A DNA stretch of 64,000 nt from an uncultured virus (IMG/VR IMGVR_UViG_3300027631_000012) (Duplodnaviria > Heunggongvirae > Uroviricota > Caudoviricetes): IMG/VR virus record IMGVR_UViG_3300027631_000012; one strand, given 5' to 3'. The notes under the pieces are model-generated. The model was not told where the DNA came from, ran no database searches, and was given only the letters and a program-made list of their open reading frames with translations. Positions 9,544-19,415 of the stretch are shown here, piece after piece. Every line of letters starts with the position of its first letter. Within the stretch, counting starts at the first letter, position 1. A program made the position numbers and the translations under genes.

Positions 9544-10623
9544 ATGATTAAACGATTTAATCAGTTCATTTCAGAAAGTAAAAGTTCTGAATACCTGCTA
9601 TATTATGCTTTCGATTGGGATGATAACATTCTAAACATGCCGACTAAAATCCATATGGAACATTTAGTTGATGGTCAATGGGTACCAACTGAGGTATCTA
9701 CTGCTGAATTTGCAGTAGTTAGAAATGATAAAGACAGTTGGAGAATAAATTATACAAATGCCTTTATTGAATTTAATGATTCAGGTGAAAGAGGAGACTC
9801 AGCATTTTTAGAAGATGTTAAGACTGCTATTGCACAAGGTAAATTAGGACCTGCTTGGAATGACTTCATTGAATGTCTTTCAAACGGATCTTTGTTTGCT
9901 ATCATTACAGCTCGTGGTCATGAGTCATCAGCAATGAGAAAAGGAATTGAATGGATAATTGATAATGTTCTAACTGAAGAACAACTTTATTCTATGTATA
10001 ATCATCTTATGATGTATGCTTACAATTTCACAGGCGATCGTGGTGAATCAAATGAAAGAATATTAAAAGGTCAACCATCAAAAAATGAACTAATTAAAGA
10101 GTATTTAGATAATTGTGATTTAGTTGGTGTCTCATCTCCTTCAAGAGGTGGATCACCTGATAATCCAGAAAAAGCTAAAGAAGAAGCTTTATTAACATTT
10201 CAATCTAAAGTTAATGATTATGCACAAAAGATTGGTAAACAAGCTAAGATAGGTTTCTCTGATGATGATTTGAAAAATGTTAAACATATTGAAGATTTAT
10301 ATTCAAATCTAAATAAAGAACAGTTTCCTAATATAATTGAGTACAGTGTTAAAGGAACAAAAGATCCTTCTAATATTACTAAAACAGTTAGAACTATTGA
10401 TGTTCCTGTTACAGAAACATCTCAACAAGTAACCGGAATGGAATCATCTGTTCTTAAATTTACAGAGTTCGGAAATATGGCGGCTCAGTTAAATCCACAA
10501 GGTCCTGACCAAAGACAAGATGACTTTGCTAATCAATTCAAAAGACAAACTAAATATCTAACTAAAACATCAAAAGATATTTTAGGTGATAAGAAGAAAA
10601 GAAAAAAAGGTATTAAGTTATAA
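9544..10623 (+). CDS. HAD-superfamily phosphatase-like protein with capsid-targeting-like leader
   Basis: AFDWDDNIL (motif I), IITARGH (II), GFSDDDLKN (IV); N-terminus MIKRFNQFISES. Confidence 0.6.
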   Translation: MIKRFNQFISESKSSEYLLYYAFDWDDNILNMPTKIHMEHLVDGQWVPTEVSTAEFAVVRNDKDSWRINYTNAFIEFNDSGERGDSAFLEDVKTAIAQGKLGPAWNDFIECLSNGSLFAIITARGHESSAMRKGIEWIIDNVLTEEQLYSMYNHLMMYAYNFTGDRGESNERILKGQPSKNELIKEYLDNCDLVGVSSPSRGGSPDNPEKAKEEALLTFQSKVNDYAQKIGKQAKIGFSDDDLKNVKHIEDLYSNLNKEQFPNIIEYSVKGTKDPSNITKTVRTIDVPVTETSQQVTGMESSVLKFTEFGNMAAQLNPQGPDQRQDDFANQFKRQTKYLTKTSKDILGDKKKRKKGIKL

Positions 10624-10641
10624 TATTAATTTATAAGAAAT

Positions 10642-10673
10642 AAAAAACCCACTCAAAATTGAGTGGGTTTTTT
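10642..10673. terminator. Bidirectional intrinsic terminator
   Basis: AAAAAACCCACTCAA-AA-TTGAGTGGGTTTTTT between convergent genes. Confidence 0.85.
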
Positions 10674-10688
10674 GTTTTATGTCTATTG

Positions 10689-11987
10689 TTATGAAAATGA
10701 AATTGATATTGGATCAGCATAAACAAAGTTTGAAGTAGCTGTTACTGTTTGAGTTGAGTCAGCTGTATTAATTGCCACAAATCCAGGACCGCTATTAATA
10801 AATGCCATACCTACACTAAGCGTATATGTTGCGATAATACCATTTTGAATAACTGATACAGTTCCACCATTAGTTTGTAAGTTAGTAAATTGTGTTGTAT
10901 AATCAGTACCCGCACTATCTTGTAAGTTAAAGTTTAGGAAATTAACCCCACCAGATTTATTTGGATTAAATGTTACATTAGTACCACCAGCTGGTAAATT
11001 ATCTGTAAATATAGCTTGACCATCAGTAGTAGGTGGTCCATTTACCCCAAGATCTCCTTCAGTAGCATAGAAATACCAAGAACCTGATCCCGTGGCTCCG
11101 CCGCCTCCGCCACCAGAGGCAGTTCCACCAACTACTACAGATAGTATCTCAGCATTAGAACCAGTGCCCCAAGTATAAGAGTATGTTCCAGCAACTAATC
11201 CTAGACTGTTAAATGTTTGACTGTTGAATGTTTGAGAAGATGTAAGATATGAGCCTGATGTGTAACCTGTAGGTACTATTAACTTGTGTGGGGGTGCCAT
11301 ATTATAAATAACACCAACTATATCACCACTTGATGATGATGATGCAATTCCTGATCCTGTTCCGAAATTACCCGGATTAGTTAAAATACCATCATATAAG
11401 TCATAATATCCACCATTTGCTCCCAATATAAATGTTGCTGAGTTAACTCCAAGTCCTGCTCCACCCATTGGTCCTGTTGCTCCAACTATTAATGTTAAAC
11501 CATCAATATTAAGTGTTCCTGATCCAGCCATAACAACATTCGATCCCACTTCAGTTAATGTTATTAGGTAAGATGCTGTTGGTCCTGGACTAGAAGTTCC
11601 ACCACCTGAATAAGTTCCACCTAATATATTAACGTTTGATGTATTATTTAACCAAGCTTTTGCTGAATTAATATCATTAAAAGATTGTGTATTTCCGGGT
11701 ATTCTATTAATTAATTGTAGTAATGATGAGTCTGTTTTAAATTGACTTCTGTAAAAAGTAGGCATATTAGAAGATGCTGTTCCGGTACCACCACCGGTTG
11801 TTCTTCCTGCAAGATTCAAAGAACTAGTATCTGAATAGATAACATATCCGTTATCATCTGAAACACCAGCTATCCAACCACCGGTTGTGTAGTCAACATC
11901 ACCAATAGCTACTGCTAAAGTACCTACTTGAGTTGCTCCGGGTATATAGGTTAGAGACGGATTGTATTTTACTGCGTATATTGCCAT
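10689..11987 (-). CDS. Gly/Ser/Thr-rich multidomain protein, probable virion surface/decoration protein
   Basis: 432 aa; three beta-rich-looking segments separated by Gly linkers; TAATATATA at 12008-12016 (minus). Confidence 0.5.
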   Translation of the reverse strand: MAIYAVKYNPSLTYIPGATQVGTLAVAIGDVDYTTGGWIAGVSDDNGYVIYSDTSSLNLAGRTTGGGTGTASSNMPTFYRSQFKTDSSLLQLINRIPGNTQSFNDINSAKAWLNNTSNVNILGGTYSGGGTSSPGPTASYLITLTEVGSNVVMAGSGTLNIDGLTLIVGATGPMGGAGLGVNSATFILGANGGYYDLYDGILTNPGNFGTGSGIASSSSSGDIVGVIYNMAPPHKLIVPTGYTSGSYLTSSQTFNSQTFNSLGLVAGTYSYTWGTGSNAEILSVVVGGTASGGGGGGATGSGSWYFYATEGDLGVNGPPTTDGQAIFTDNLPAGGTNVTFNPNKSGGVNFLNFNLQDSAGTDYTTQFTNLQTNGGTVSVIQNGIIATYTLSVGMAFINSGPGFVAINTADSTQTVTATSNFVYADPISISFS

Positions 11988-12053
11988 ATTTTAATTTAAT
12001 GTTTTCATATATATTAAATCTAGAAAATAATATATGGCTACATAATATGGATA

Positions 12054-12392
12054 TTATTCGTCGATATCTAAAATATCATCAAGTTTCTTTGCTCTAACTT
12101 CTTGAGTTGTGTTATTAGAACCTGTTTCCCACTTTATCTTGTAGTCATGAATAAACTTCTTGGCATCATCCACGGTTTTATATTCTTTACCATGTCTGAT
12201 AATACTTTCATATGTTCCTTCTTGTGAATAACCACAAAGTTCTGAGGATAATGAGACACCACCATTCGCATTTGTTTTATATGATATAACATAGTATTTC
12301 CATTCAACTTTTGTAGTTGAGAAAATGCCATAAACCCCTAAGTCAGAGTGGTCTTTTAATTTTTCTTCATGTAAAAATCTACCTTTATTCAT
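12054..12392 (-). CDS. Hypothetical protein with C-terminal VRAKKLDDIL motif
   Basis: 112 aa ORF, overlaps the stop of the upstream gene. Confidence 0.6.
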   Translation of the reverse strand: MNKGRFLHEEKLKDHSDLGVYGIFSTTKVEWKYYVISYKTNANGGVSLSSELCGYSQEGTYESIIRHGKEYKTVDDAKKFIHDYKIKWETGSNNTTQEVRAKKLDDILDIDE

Positions 12393-12621
12393 AAACCTGA
12401 TCTATTTTAATATCTCTTTCAATAGCTTCTTTATTTTGAAAATACCACATACGGAAATCACATGCGTAATAAATAAACTCTTTTACTGTACCATCTTCGT
12501 TAGTTTCGGCTTGGCAAGTTTGACCCATAATAAATTGATTAAAACTTTCTTTCCAAATTTGAGGAATATCAGAATCTCTAACATCTCTTCCCGACTCATA
12601 AACTTGTTTCAAATTTTCCAT
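12385..12621 (-). CDS. Hypothetical protein with C-terminal ERDIKIDQV motif
   Basis: ORF track starts at 12627; ATG at 12621 preferred because it follows the TATATTTG box. Confidence 0.55.
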   Translation of the reverse strand: MENLKQVYESGRDVRDSDIPQIWKESFNQFIMGQTCQAETNEDGTVKEFIYYACDFRMWYFQNKEAIERDIKIDQVYE

Positions 12622-12623
12622 AT

Positions 12624-12632
12624 ACAAATATA
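12624..12632 (-). promoter_or_regulatory. Bacteroidota-type -7 promoter box TATATTTGT
   Basis: Matches the TAnnTTTG consensus; recurs upstream of several minus-strand genes. Confidence 0.5.
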
Positions 12633-12687
12633 CTAATTATATAACTTTTATAAAAATAAACTAAATAGTTTTTTTATAATATATCAT

Positions 12688-13884
12688 GTGATGGATAAAG
12701 TATATTTAAGAAATATGGTACAGAAAATTCTTAACAAAGAATTTTCTAGTGTCGCAAAGAGAAAGGCAGTTGATTACGCTGACCGTGTTAACTTTGCTTG
12801 TCCATATTGTGGCGACTCTCATAAAAATCAACATGCTAAAAGGGGTAACTTTTATTATAATCGTCTTATCTTTATTTGCTTTAACTGTGATAAGAAAACA
12901 ACTTTTGACAGACTTTGTAAAGACTTCAATGAACAATTAGATCCAGATAAAAAGTTAGAAATGATTGAGCACTTAAATAGTGTTATGACTTATTCTGACT
13001 ATGAAGGAGATTTTGTTGATGCTAAGTTTGAAAATCTTATTGAGATGTCTGAATTAGAAAGAGTTTTTAATGCCGATATAACTCCTATATCAGATTTCAA
13101 ACCTATTCAAGTTAATGGCGGTGTTTATAAGTATTTAGTTGGTCGTGGAATTCCACCAGAATATCATAAAAATATTTATCAAGCCAAGTATTGGAAAAAT
13201 GAAGATGAATCTGAATGGATTATAGTGTCTCTTAATAGAAGAGGTGATAAGGTTTTAGGTATGCAAACTCGTAATCTTAAAGAAGGTAAAAGAAGAACAT
13301 TCAAGATTTATAACTATGAAAACTTATTAGAATGGGTTAGTCTTGGAAAGGATTTACCAGAACCCGATATGTCAGAGTTAGTTATTTATAATAAGTTGTC
13401 TTATTACTTTAATATACTTAATGTTGACTTTGGTGAAAGAATAACTGTATTTGAGGGTTACCTTGACTCTTTATTTTTTCCAAACTCAATAGGACTTGTG
13501 GGTGTTAATACTGATTATAGATTCCTTGAGAATAACAATTTGGATATTCAGTATTTCTTTGATAACGATGAAGCTGGTTATAAAAAATCAGAAGAGAAAT
13601 TAAAAGAAAACTTTTCAGTATTTTTATGGAAGAAATTATTTGAAGATATTGTTGATAGAAAAAACTCTCCTGATCCTTATAGACTTTTACATAGAATTAG
13701 TAAAGTGAAAGATATTAACAAATTATCAGAGTTAGTTCCGGATCCTTATAAGAAATTAGAACTTCAAAAGTTTTTTAGTTCAGATATTTTAGATTTGAAG
13801 TGGATTCCTAAATTTAGAAGAAAGAAAAATACAGTAGAAGCTGTTGATTATAATAAGAAGTTTGACTCGTTAAAAAATCTTTAG
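12688..13884 (+). CDS. DNA primase (T4 gp61-like)
   Basis: Zn finger CPYCGDS...CFNC; TOPRIM VFEGYLDSLF and FFDNDEAG; KDIN. Confidence 0.85.
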   Translation: MMDKVYLRNMVQKILNKEFSSVAKRKAVDYADRVNFACPYCGDSHKNQHAKRGNFYYNRLIFICFNCDKKTTFDRLCKDFNEQLDPDKKLEMIEHLNSVMTYSDYEGDFVDAKFENLIEMSELERVFNADITPISDFKPIQVNGGVYKYLVGRGIPPEYHKNIYQAKYWKNEDESEWIIVSLNRRGDKVLGMQTRNLKEGKRRTFKIYNYENLLEWVSLGKDLPEPDMSELVIYNKLSYYFNILNVDFGERITVFEGYLDSLFFPNSIGLVGVNTDYRFLENNNLDIQYFFDNDEAGYKKSEEKLKENFSVFLWKKLFEDIVDRKNSPDPYRLLHRISKVKDINKLSELVPDPYKKLELQKFFSSDILDLKWIPKFRRKKNTVEAVDYNKKFDSLKNL

Positions 13885-14351
13885 ATAAAAAACTTTTTAA
13901 TTTTCAATCCCTTTTTCTTTATAGATAAGTATGTCTTAAAGTCCATATTACCTCTTTCATTATTACAATCTTTACAACAAACAACTAAGTTTACTTGACA
14001 GTTGTTACCTCCTTCTGAAATTGGAATAATATGGTCAGCTGTTGCATTTTCTTTATCCAATTTTGTATCGCAATAAATACAATCATGAGAGTCATTTTCA
14101 TCTAGAAATTCTTTAGCAAATCCTGAAGTTCTTCTTTTAACATTTTTACCATTGTATTTCAAACCGATGACAACAAAGTCTTCCATTATCTTATACTTCT
14201 TTCTAAAAATCTCACAAGACTTATAGTTCTTATTCAACCCAACCACCGATTTAATCAACCAACTCCACTTGAAGTATGTTTCTTTATCAACCGATAAGAA
14301 GTGTGGATGTTCTGCTTTGTATATAAATTTTAATATTTTAACCAACCTCAT
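13881..14351 (-). CDS. HNH endonuclease
   Basis: CIYC...TADHIIPISEGG...NLVVCCKDCNNERG. Confidence 0.9.
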   Translation of the reverse strand: MRLVKILKFIYKAEHPHFLSVDKETYFKWSWLIKSVVGLNKNYKSCEIFRKKYKIMEDFVVIGLKYNGKNVKRRTSGFAKEFLDENDSHDCIYCDTKLDKENATADHIIPISEGGNNCQVNLVVCCKDCNNERGNMDFKTYLSIKKKGLKIKKFFI

Positions 14352-14431
14352 AATTTTATTAATTATGATATATATTCGATTTACTTACTTTCCTAAAATT
14401 ATATATACCCATGAAAAAATAATTAATCACT

Positions 14432-14749
14432 ATGGCAAATGAAAAAAAGACAACGGTTGAAGAACCTAAGAAAAACTGGTTCTTTAGAGTTACTGACAAA
14501 GTTAAATGGTTTTTCAGTGAGTTAATCGCTATGTATAGCGGTAAATCATCTTACTTCTCAAAGAAAAGAATTGAGTCTGGAGTAGCATTTATTATTGCTC
14601 AATGGGGTATGATTTTCTTTCTTTTAGAAAAACACGCTACTTTATCTATGGGTGAGTTTCTTTTATGGGCAGCAGCAGAGTTCGCTGTTTCTGGTTACAT
14701 CATTAACAAGATACAACAAGAAAAGAAAAACGAAACACCTTCAGAGTAA
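14432..14749 (+). CDS. Small two-TM membrane protein (holin-like)
   Basis: Two hydrophobic stretches, charged C-terminus, SKKRIES motif. Confidence 0.45.
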   Translation: MANEKKTTVEEPKKNWFFRVTDKVKWFFSELIAMYSGKSSYFSKKRIESGVAFIIAQWGMIFFLLEKHATLSMGEFLLWAAAEFAVSGYIINKIQQEKKNETPSE

Positions 14750-14767
14750 TCTAACCTATTTAAAATT

Positions 14768-14796
14768 AAAAAACCACTCATTGAGTGGTTTTTTTT
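14768..14796. terminator. Bidirectional intrinsic terminator
   Basis: AAAAAACCACTCA-T-TGAGTGGTTTTTTTT between convergent genes. Confidence 0.8.
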
Positions 14797-14797
14797 A

Positions 14798-15334
14798 TTA
14801 TTTGTTTTTTCTAAAACTTTCAAATTTTCTTGTGTGTTTATAACTTTTGGATTCAAAAGCATCTTCATTGTTCCAATCATCTTCGTCATCTTCAACTGTA
14901 GTAAAAGCCGGATTTTCTTCAAGTTCTTCAACTTCGTCTAATCCAACATTTCTTTCTCCTTCTCTTTCTCCAGTCATTTCATCTTCTTCATCTGATGTCA
15001 TTGGAGCAGAACCTAAGTAGTTAACAACTTCTTCAGCTGTTGAGAATTTTTTGTTATCAACGTGGAATTTTTCAGTTTCTGAAAAGAAATTGATTTTTTT
15101 ACCTTCGTAGTTAATTGAACCATCTTCACCGACTTCAGTTCCTAATTCATTAGCCAGTTGATTCAACAACATTTGACCTTGATATTCACCACCTTCTTCT
15201 TCAGGTAGTTCAGCTACTGGAGCTTCTTCAACCTCAGATTCAGTGTCTGTAATAGGTTCTTCAATCATAGGATCTATCGTTTCAAAATCCTCGTTTACTT
15301 TACCATTTACAAATTCGTTATATCTTTTAATCAT
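14798..15334 (-). CDS. Acidic protein with leader MIKRYNEF and C-terminal KHTRKFESF
   Basis: 178 aa; TAATATATA at 15370-15378 (minus). Confidence 0.65.
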   Translation of the reverse strand: MIKRYNEFVNGKVNEDFETIDPMIEEPITDTESEVEEAPVAELPEEEGGEYQGQMLLNQLANELGTEVGEDGSINYEGKKINFFSETEKFHVDNKKFSTAEEVVNYLGSAPMTSDEEDEMTGEREGERNVGLDEVEELEENPAFTTVEDDEDDWNNEDAFESKSYKHTRKFESFRKNK

Positions 15335-15380
15335 GATATTTTACTTATTTTTTTGTATTTTATAGATATTATATATTAAG

Positions 15381-15893
15381 TTACAAATCTTTGTTTTTTT
15401 CATCTAACTCAGATACTACATAATCTACAAAAGAGTCTAATTCATACTCTAATCCATTACAAAACTCAAAAACATCATAGTTATCGTGAGTGTGTGGATC
15501 TTTTACTATTGAATAAAAATCAGGTGATACTTGACCGTTGCTATAAACAATAATTCTGCCTTCTAATCTACCTTCTATTTTCTTACCATTTGGTAATTCT
15601 AAACTCGGCACATATAAAGTTCCTATATAATGTGTTTCGTCACCATAATCCTCGGTCTCTTCGTGTTCAAACTTAAAGTAACCATTGTCATCTTCAAAAA
15701 TAGATTCTGTTTCTTCTTTAGCTATCTTATCGTGTATTTGTTCTTCCTCACCTGTTTTGAATGAGTTTAAGAACTCTTTTTCCAAAGATGTAAGCGATAT
15801 CATACCATACTTAGATATCTTATCTAAGATGTCATCCACTCTTTCTCTGGATGTATAACCCTCATATCTCATTAAGTGTTTCATAATAATCAT
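15381..15893 (-). CDS. DUF6576-like domain protein
   Basis: VDDILDKISKYGMISLTSLEKEFL; leader MKHLMRYEGY (true start may be 15884). Confidence 0.55.
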   Translation of the reverse strand: MIIMKHLMRYEGYTSRERVDDILDKISKYGMISLTSLEKEFLNSFKTGEEEQIHDKIAKEETESIFEDDNGYFKFEHEETEDYGDETHYIGTLYVPSLELPNGKKIEGRLEGRIIVYSNGQVSPDFYSIVKDPHTHDNYDVFEFCNGLEYELDSFVDYVVSELDEKNKDL

Positions 15894-15906
15894 TCAATGT
15901 ATATAT

Positions 15907-16311
15907 TTAATTACCACTCTTATTATTTGATATTTTCCAAGCTCCTTTGTCGTATCCATTGATAGGTTCCCAAGGTTGATTTGGAAAGTTCTTATTTTCT
16001 ATCTTTCCTCTTATAGTTTTATACATCTCTTCAATACCAACACCATCTACTTGGTAAATAGAAACATATGAATTTTCTATATCTTCTGATTCAAATTCTC
16101 TAAACTTAGAATTGTTAATAATACTATCTATTTTTTTATCTCTATTGTATAAATGAACTTCTTCTGTCCATTTATTAATAAAAAATATAATAAATCCATC
16201 TGATCCGTCTTTTGGGTGTTTAATAACGTCATCAAAATTTATACCCTCATAAAACTTAACGGGTATATCCATAACGACTATCTCATCAATCAAGGTCATC
16301 GAATATATCAT
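15907..16311 (-). CDS. Hypothetical protein (internal NRDKKIDSII motif)
   Basis: 134 aa ORF in a minus-strand run. Confidence 0.55.
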   Translation of the reverse strand: MIYSMTLIDEIVVMDIPVKFYEGINFDDVIKHPKDGSDGFIIFFINKWTEEVHLYNRDKKIDSIINNSKFREFESEDIENSYVSIYQVDGVGIEEMYKTIRGKIENKNFPNQPWEPINGYDKGAWKISNNKSGN

Positions 16312-16516
16312 CTATTTTTTGGTCTCTTACTTCAGACTTATGTAGTTCTAACATTTTTTTAGTAAAAGGTTCATCATTTTCAAATCTGAATTTGAAATCA
16401 CAAAACGGAGAATCGCTCATTTTTAGTAAAGCAAAAGAACCTTTTGATATTTTACCATCTCTCAGTCTTTCTTCCAAATATGATAAATAATATGGATATA
16501 TTTTATCTGTTTTCAT
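16286..16516 (-). CDS. Hypothetical protein with C-terminal VRDQKIDDIF motif
   Basis: 76 aa ORF. Confidence 0.55.
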   Translation of the reverse strand: MKTDKIYPYYLSYLEERLRDGKISKGSFALLKMSDSPFCDFKFRFENDEPFTKKMLELHKSEVRDQKIDDIFDDLD

Positions 16517-16548
16517 ATTTTATATATTCACATTTAATATATACCATT

Positions 16549-17364
16549 ATGAAAAAATACTCAGAGTTAATCTTAGAATCACTTCTTGTTAGATCATCAT
16601 TTGTTTATAAGTTGGGAATGTCAAGAGATTTTATTACTTATAAATGTGGAATGTATGAAGCTATTAATAAACTAGTGGATGATAATTCAACTCCAAAGAA
16701 TTTTAATCCAGATTATCAAATAGGTCTTTCTCTTTTATATAGAACAGGTAAATACCCTGATATTAAAGACAATGGTGGTGTTTATAGTACTTCTAAGTTA
16801 AATAACTTAAACAAGGTTTTAGATTCCGCAGGTAATTGGCATCCTGTTAATAAGTTAAATACTAATTCTTTTGATCAAGCTGAACTTTTATATGATTTAT
16901 ATAAGTCTATAGGAGTTTATGATGAAGTAGGTAGTATTAAAAATGAATATGAACTTAAAAAATGGGTAATGGAGTACAACAATAGTGTTGACCTTTATAC
17001 TTTAATAAAGAGTAATTTAGATTTTAAGAATTATGTTTCATGGAATAGAAATAATTCCGCCGCTGGTGAAATTGCTGAAGATAAAGTTAGGCAAATGTTA
17101 GAATCCAAAGGATGTAAAACTTTATACCAAGGTGGAGATGGTGACTTTATTGATATGATATATGGTATTGATTTAATTGTATCAAAAAATAATAAGATAT
17201 ACACCGTTCAAGTTAAAAACAAAGAAGACGGAGCTAAGAAGGCAATTGATAAATCAATAAGTGGTCAAAATGCTTACAGTAACATTGATTGGTTCTGTTC
17301 TCCAACAGATAGTGGTATCAAAATATTCACTAAAGGAAATCTTAATGGTAAAGATATTTCTTAA
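16549..17364 (+). CDS. PD-(D/E)xK nuclease-like protein with leader MKKYSELILES
   Basis: GEIAEDKV...GIDLIV...YTVQVK; start moved from 16444 to ATG 16549, just after TAATATATA 16535-16543. Confidence 0.5.
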   Translation: MKKYSELILESLLVRSSFVYKLGMSRDFITYKCGMYEAINKLVDDNSTPKNFNPDYQIGLSLLYRTGKYPDIKDNGGVYSTSKLNNLNKVLDSAGNWHPVNKLNTNSFDQAELLYDLYKSIGVYDEVGSIKNEYELKKWVMEYNNSVDLYTLIKSNLDFKNYVSWNRNNSAAGEIAEDKVRQMLESKGCKTLYQGGDGDFIDMIYGIDLIVSKNNKIYTVQVKNKEDGAKKAIDKSISGQNAYSNIDWFCSPTDSGIKIFTKGNLNGKDIS

Positions 17365-18788
17365 AATCCTCCTTTACCTCCAAAAATATCCATAACAACT
17401 GAAAGCCTCTTAGTAATTTCTGGCATTCCCAACGGTTCGATAATTGAGTTAATTGGAGAAAGTATAGACTTAGCGAATTGTTCATCATAATCAATCTCTG
17501 GTGCAAACTCAATAGGATAAGATCCACGAGAATAAGCAAACATATCAGTTACTGATTTGTCTTTACAACAATAGTATTTAATCTTAACTCCTGATTTAAT
17601 AAATTCATACTTTTGTTGATATTCTTTATTCAATGATAATAAGTAATTATGATGAGCTCCTGATTTAACAGCAAAGTGAGCACCACTTACAAATTGTAAA
17701 GGAAGTTTAGTATCATCTAAAACTTTAGTTTCGTATTTAGAAACAGAAGATTGCATACATATATCATCAATATCTGCTAGTTCAAACTCTTTTCTTAACC
17801 CTTTAACTAATTTTAATAAGTCTTTGATGTTAAAAGTATCCGGATGTGAGAATAGATATTTAACAATATGTACAATCTTTTCACGAGCGAATGCTGGAGT
17901 TGATGAACGAACAAGCTCAACACCTTTAGGGTAGATATAATTCAATCTCTCATAAGGAATACCATCTTCATAAGTGATGTGACAGATATATTTCTTCTTA
18001 GCGATATTAATCATTGATTCTGAAATTCTTTCTAACTCAAAATCTTCTTTATTTTCAACACCAAATGATTCTGCGTAATCTTCTAAACATTTCTTAAAGT
18101 AGCCACCATATCTAAAGTGATCAGCTCCCTGAATAAAGTCTTGTTCTGAGTTCCAGTTCCATCTAATTTCAGAAGTGAAAACTCCGTTATTAATCATTTT
18201 ATTCAAACCTCTATCTTTTACATAATTACCATCTATTAATATTAAATCATAATCACTTTTAATTAGTTCTTCTAATTCAGATATTTTATGAGCAACTCCA
18301 ACACAATTTGGATTACTTGTTTTTGTTTCATCATTTGTTAGAATAATGAACTTTGAATCTACTGAGCTTAAGTAATCGTTATTGAATATTAAATTCTTCC
18401 AAACACAATGGTCAATAGCCGGTTTGAAAGAAACAAAAAGTGAATCGGTATCAGCATAAATACTAACTGGCTCATTCTTATTTATTTGAGTTACTTCTTT
18501 TATACCTAATTTGAAATGAAGTTCGTGGTCAAGATGCCATTGATTATACCAATAGTCTTCATTAACTTTATCCATTGTTCTGGTTAAGTCACGACCTTGA
18601 GCTGTAATAGTACCAGCAACGTGGTTATTATAAAGAATGAAATAAGAGGTAGCAAACGCGCCATAAGAACCGTTAAGTACTAATTTAAGTGCGAGTTGTA
18701 AAGCGTTATAGTAGTCAACTTCTTTTTTAATTTCGTTTGCCTTTTTCTTTAACGTTTCTATTTTTTTTATTTTTTCCTCTTTCGTCAT
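17361..18788 (-). CDS. Family B DNA polymerase, C-terminal subunit (split gp43-like)
   Basis: Motif B QLALKLVLNGSYG, motif C YADTDS, KKKY, KGVELVRSSTP; no exonuclease domain or motif A. Confidence 0.85.
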   Translation of the reverse strand: MTKEEKIKKIETLKKKANEIKKEVDYYNALQLALKLVLNGSYGAFATSYFILYNNHVAGTITAQGRDLTRTMDKVNEDYWYNQWHLDHELHFKLGIKEVTQINKNEPVSIYADTDSLFVSFKPAIDHCVWKNLIFNNDYLSSVDSKFIILTNDETKTSNPNCVGVAHKISELEELIKSDYDLILIDGNYVKDRGLNKMINNGVFTSEIRWNWNSEQDFIQGADHFRYGGYFKKCLEDYAESFGVENKEDFELERISESMINIAKKKYICHITYEDGIPYERLNYIYPKGVELVRSSTPAFAREKIVHIVKYLFSHPDTFNIKDLLKLVKGLRKEFELADIDDICMQSSVSKYETKVLDDTKLPLQFVSGAHFAVKSGAHHNYLLSLNKEYQQKYEFIKSGVKIKYYCCKDKSVTDMFAYSRGSYPIEFAPEIDYDEQFAKSILSPINSIIEPLGMPEITKRLSVVMDIFGGKGGF

Positions 18789-18822
18789 AGAAATTATACA
18801 AAAAATATAATATAAAGTTTTA

Positions 18823-19374
18823 TTACTTCTTTCTTGGTTTTAGCATCATTATCCATTTACCGCTATCGAGCTTTGGTAGAGACTCAGGTGTTCCAACCTC
18901 ATCAACACCTGCTGCATATTTAAGCATAACAACTTCTCCTCGTTGAGGTGTTGCTTTTTGTCTTCCCTTTAATTGAAGAACACATTTAATTTTATTGTTA
19001 TCTTCTAGGAATTCTATTCCTTTTTTGATTTTTGTATTTAAGTCATTATCGGAGATTTCCGGACTTAGTTGGATTTCTTTAGTAACTGATTTAACAGAGT
19101 TTTTCTTTTTCTCCTTTTCTGCCTTTTCAAAGTCATATAAGAACTTCTTATAATCTTCGATTCTAACAATTGGAGGATTTTGATTTTCGTTAATAAGAAT
19201 CAGATCCATCTCATTTTCTTCTGCTAGTTTGGAAGCTTCATATGAGCTCATTAAGATTGGATCATCGTAAAAACCCACAAGTCTAACTTGTGGGAATCTA
19301 ACTTCATTGTTTAATTTGTGTTTGTTCGTTTTAATAACACGAACATTTCGGTTTCTATTAGTATTAGGTTTCAT
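18823..19374 (-). CDS. infC: Translation initiation factor IF-3
   Basis: NNEVRFPQVRLVG, MDLILI, PPIVRIEDYKKFLY, KEIQLSPEISDNDLNTK, LKGRQ. Confidence 0.9.
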   Translation of the reverse strand: MKPNTNRNRNVRVIKTNKHKLNNEVRFPQVRLVGFYDDPILMSSYEASKLAEENEMDLILINENQNPPIVRIEDYKKFLYDFEKAEKEKKKNSVKSVTKEIQLSPEISDNDLNTKIKKGIEFLEDNNKIKCVLQLKGRQKATPQRGEVVMLKYAAGVDEVGTPESLPKLDSGKWIMMLKPRKK

Positions 19375-19415
19375 GTAATAACAGCTTTTATTACAATAAT
19401 TAAAAAAGTTTAATA

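Noticed and set aside
13881..14351. HNH gene as part of an intron in primase
   Set aside because: It is convergent and outside the primase ORF, which looks complete
18130..18420. Polymerase insertion as an intein
   Set aside because: Short, and lacks recognisable intein N-terminal block and terminal His-Asn
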